A stretch of 62,687 nucleotides of DNA, counting the filler, from Craspedostauros australis (taxonomy: Eukaryota): the NCBI GenBank assembly GCA_030167865.1. It is 10 parts of 10 records of this genome, joined end to end, with 100 filler letters (N's around TTAATTAATTAA, not from the genome) between each part and the next. Parts side by side here need not be neighbours in the genome. Positions count along the whole stretch, not along the records: positions 58,054 to 62,687 come from JALAGF010003665.1; 9 more parts are not named here. One strand, written 5' to 3'. The translations under genes were made by a program, and so were the position numbers. The notes below the pieces were generated by a model that worked only from the letters and a program-made list of their open reading frames with translations, did no database searches and was not told where the DNA came from. Positions 60,165 to 62,687 of the stretch are shown one piece after another. Every line of letters starts with the position of its first letter. Position 1 is the stretch's first letter.

Positions 60165-62392
60165 CGCGGATGAATGATCGTGGATGACGGTGTCCGCTCT
60201 ACAGGCAGGAACTTGCGTCCTCCATGCTCGTATTTGCGCTGTAGTCGTCGATGATGATGCGTTCGCCCTCGATGAAAAGTAGAGTGAATGAGGACGGTGA
60301 TCTTCCGAGCTCGAGAATGGAGGAAGTAGAAGAGATGCTCAATGGTGATGGTGGCAATGGTGGCAATAGTGACAACGCTCCTGACGCGCGGAGATGGTGA
60401 TGTGCGTCCAGATGTGATGTGTGTAGAGCGTGGGACGCTGAACGTTGACAGAGTTTGTTCTGTTGTCTTCGTTGGTTGGCAACCGAAACAGTTTTCAACG
60501 GTCGCTTCTGTCGACGCACACGTCTCAAAACCAACATTGAGGACCCGCCGACGGACTGACCAATTGAATGAGGCAGATCATTGGCACTCTACACGACAAG
60601 TGTAGAGACTATCATTCAGCGAGGTTGTTCAGTTTTCTGCCGATTTGAAATCGGACAACATGAAATCGTTGAACAACGATGCACTATAGTAGCATGTTGT
60701 GTATCAGGGCTATGGTGACAACAGAGCATCATTTGCGTCGAACAGGGATCCTTCCGCGCCGATACGAGCATCGCCCGGACCAAGGCCGAAATGGGTCAAA
60801 ACGAGAAATTCGGCAATGAAGAATAGAGGATAGAGAGTATACATGAATGCATCTGCAGTGCCATCATGCCTACCGCGGAAGAACGTTTAGAGGTCATGAA
60901 CAAAGCATGAACCAAAATCGGGCAAAGCATGGACAAAGTATGATGGGAGCAAGAGACGACCTTGCATGAAAGTCACCGCCACCGACCACACCCTGGCTTC
61001 TTTCTTGTGTAGTTCCATTCCATGTCACCTTCAGGATGGAGCAGATCGTACACCAGGCACAACCAAGATCCCAACGGCACCAGTGGAAGCGCACCAGCGC
61101 GGAATGGAACGCATGTATAGTAGGCGTAGCACCTCCAGCTGCAGCGTCTGTTCCGTGCTCGTCTCGACAAATCCACTATCGAATCGTCATCATCGATTCG
61201 GACACCATCAACAGCTTGAAGAATCTCATTGATAACATAATTTTGTTGCTCAGTGGAGGCCTCGCTATCTTCTCCAACAACCCCTCTACTCGGGTATCCA
61301 CCAGCCTCCGGCTCGGTCTGATCTGTTCTACCCAGCGCGACAGTTGCGCACCCCAACAGCATCATCGCAGCAGTGATTGTGATTGTGATCGTAGTCGTTA
61401 CCAACTGTGCCAGACAACCATAACCACCAGCTACCACGGATACTGAGAAGCCACAATGGAACGCAAGGGATCATGGATCGTCTTGGTGACACAGGTGATG
61501 TTCACTGCGACCGGCGATGTAGAATAGGCACTGCACAGTATGCCAACATTCCAGAAAATCATCCCACAGGCCGAACGGCTGCACAGCTTCTATACTGTGC
61601 GATCCTACGAGCTGCATGAACCGCAACGCACGTCTTCCAGGACGCAAGTGCAGTCGGTGTCAGAGTGTCTTGACCATTCCGTTCACGCAACATGGTGGTG
61701 GTGGACGAAGCCTGGAGCGACAGTTTGCCTTTCTTCTGTTCTTTGGCATCGACTTGGGTGTCAACTTGGGTGTCAACTTGTGAGTTGCAGAACAACAGGA
61801 AAGATGGGTTCCGTGTGGTTGTCCATTCGAACCGGACAGGATGTGGCTATATTGGTCTTTGGTGTACGACTTATCATGTGATGCAATTCAGGCGCAGATG
61901 AGCACTTGTCATCCTCGACGCTCGTTCGTCGACGTCTCCATCAGAGTTGCTCTTCAGTTTGCTCTCCGTCACTGACGAATGAGAGGAGGAATGTTGAGGA
62001 CTACCGTTGCCAGATGCAAACCCACGAGAACACTTGACCGACATGAGCACATGGACACATGGGTGCTTGGGCGTATGGCTGGCTTGATTTCCGAAGAGGA
62101 AGAGACAGCTGGCAGTAGAAGGTATGATTGGTCCAGGGTGATGATGTTGGCAATACATCTTGCGGCTGATCACCTCGCGCCATGCTGTACGTACAAGTAC
62201 TACGAATATGTGAGTGGAAAGGGAGCACCTGGACAGTGGGGGTATGGTAGGACGGAGCGCAAAGCGTGACAAGTCGTGGAAAGGCGCTCAAAGACAAGGA
62301 AGGAGAGGAAAATGTATGAGTAGAACATGGTGAGTAGTAGAAATGAAAGGCGGATGTTGTCTGCAACATGCTAGTGCGATTATGTATTCATT

Positions 62393-62447
62393 TATGGTAT
62401 GGTATGGTATGGTATGGTATGGTATGGTATGGTATGGTATGGTATGG
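62393..62447. repeat. (TATGG)11 microsatellite
   Basis: Perfect pentamer run about 160 bp upstream of U6. Confidence 0.97.
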
Positions 62448-62605
62448 TGTGGTACCGTACAGATACGCACAAGGGCGTGTCTAATGCCAAGGAGATGAGT
62501 GCGACGGTGCGACTTTGGAAAGGGGTGGAATGGGGAGGGTTTTTGTCGAAGTCAGGTGGAGCCTCGCATCAAAGGTATTGATATGTCAATTGGATGATGT
62601 GTGTT

Positions 62606-62687
62606 GTCCCGGTCTTTGACCGAGGACATCAAACAATAGCTTATATTATACAGAGAAGATTAGCATGGTCTCTGAGCAAGAATGACA
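62606..62687 (+). ncRNA. U6: U6 snRNA, 5' part (cut by the window end)
   Basis: 5' stem-loop GTCCCGGTC-TTT-GACCGAGGAC, ACAGAGA at 62650-62656, then AGATTAGCATGG and the ISL. Confidence 0.92.

Overview
Eukaryotic DNA, most likely a diatom (stramenopile). The evidence is GT-AG introns, a signal peptide plus 'AF' plastid leader, a transmembrane cyclase-PDE fusion, a class C GPCR and U6 snRNA. The window is ten contigs joined by artificial 100-nt spacers (N..TTAATTAATTAA..N), and several contigs overlap or duplicate each other. The main feature (1-~8000, minus strand) is a tyrosine-recombinase retrotransposon (DIRS/Ngaro-like) with gag, pol (RT-RNase H) and YR. Its gag and pol are in the same frame, separated only by a UGA-CGG stop, followed 8 nt later by a predicted long-range stem, which suggests programmed readthrough. 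Pol appears to start with a degenerate cytosine-5 methyltransferase-like domain and to end with a DIRS MT-like segment. This copy has one probable nonsense mutation. The rest contains a duplicated, decaying ankyrin(-BTB) gene family with hypervariable binding-surface residues, several pseudogenes, GT61, exostosin-like and NYN genes, and a divergent U6 gene inside what looks like a ~5.5-kb tandem (or circular) unit.
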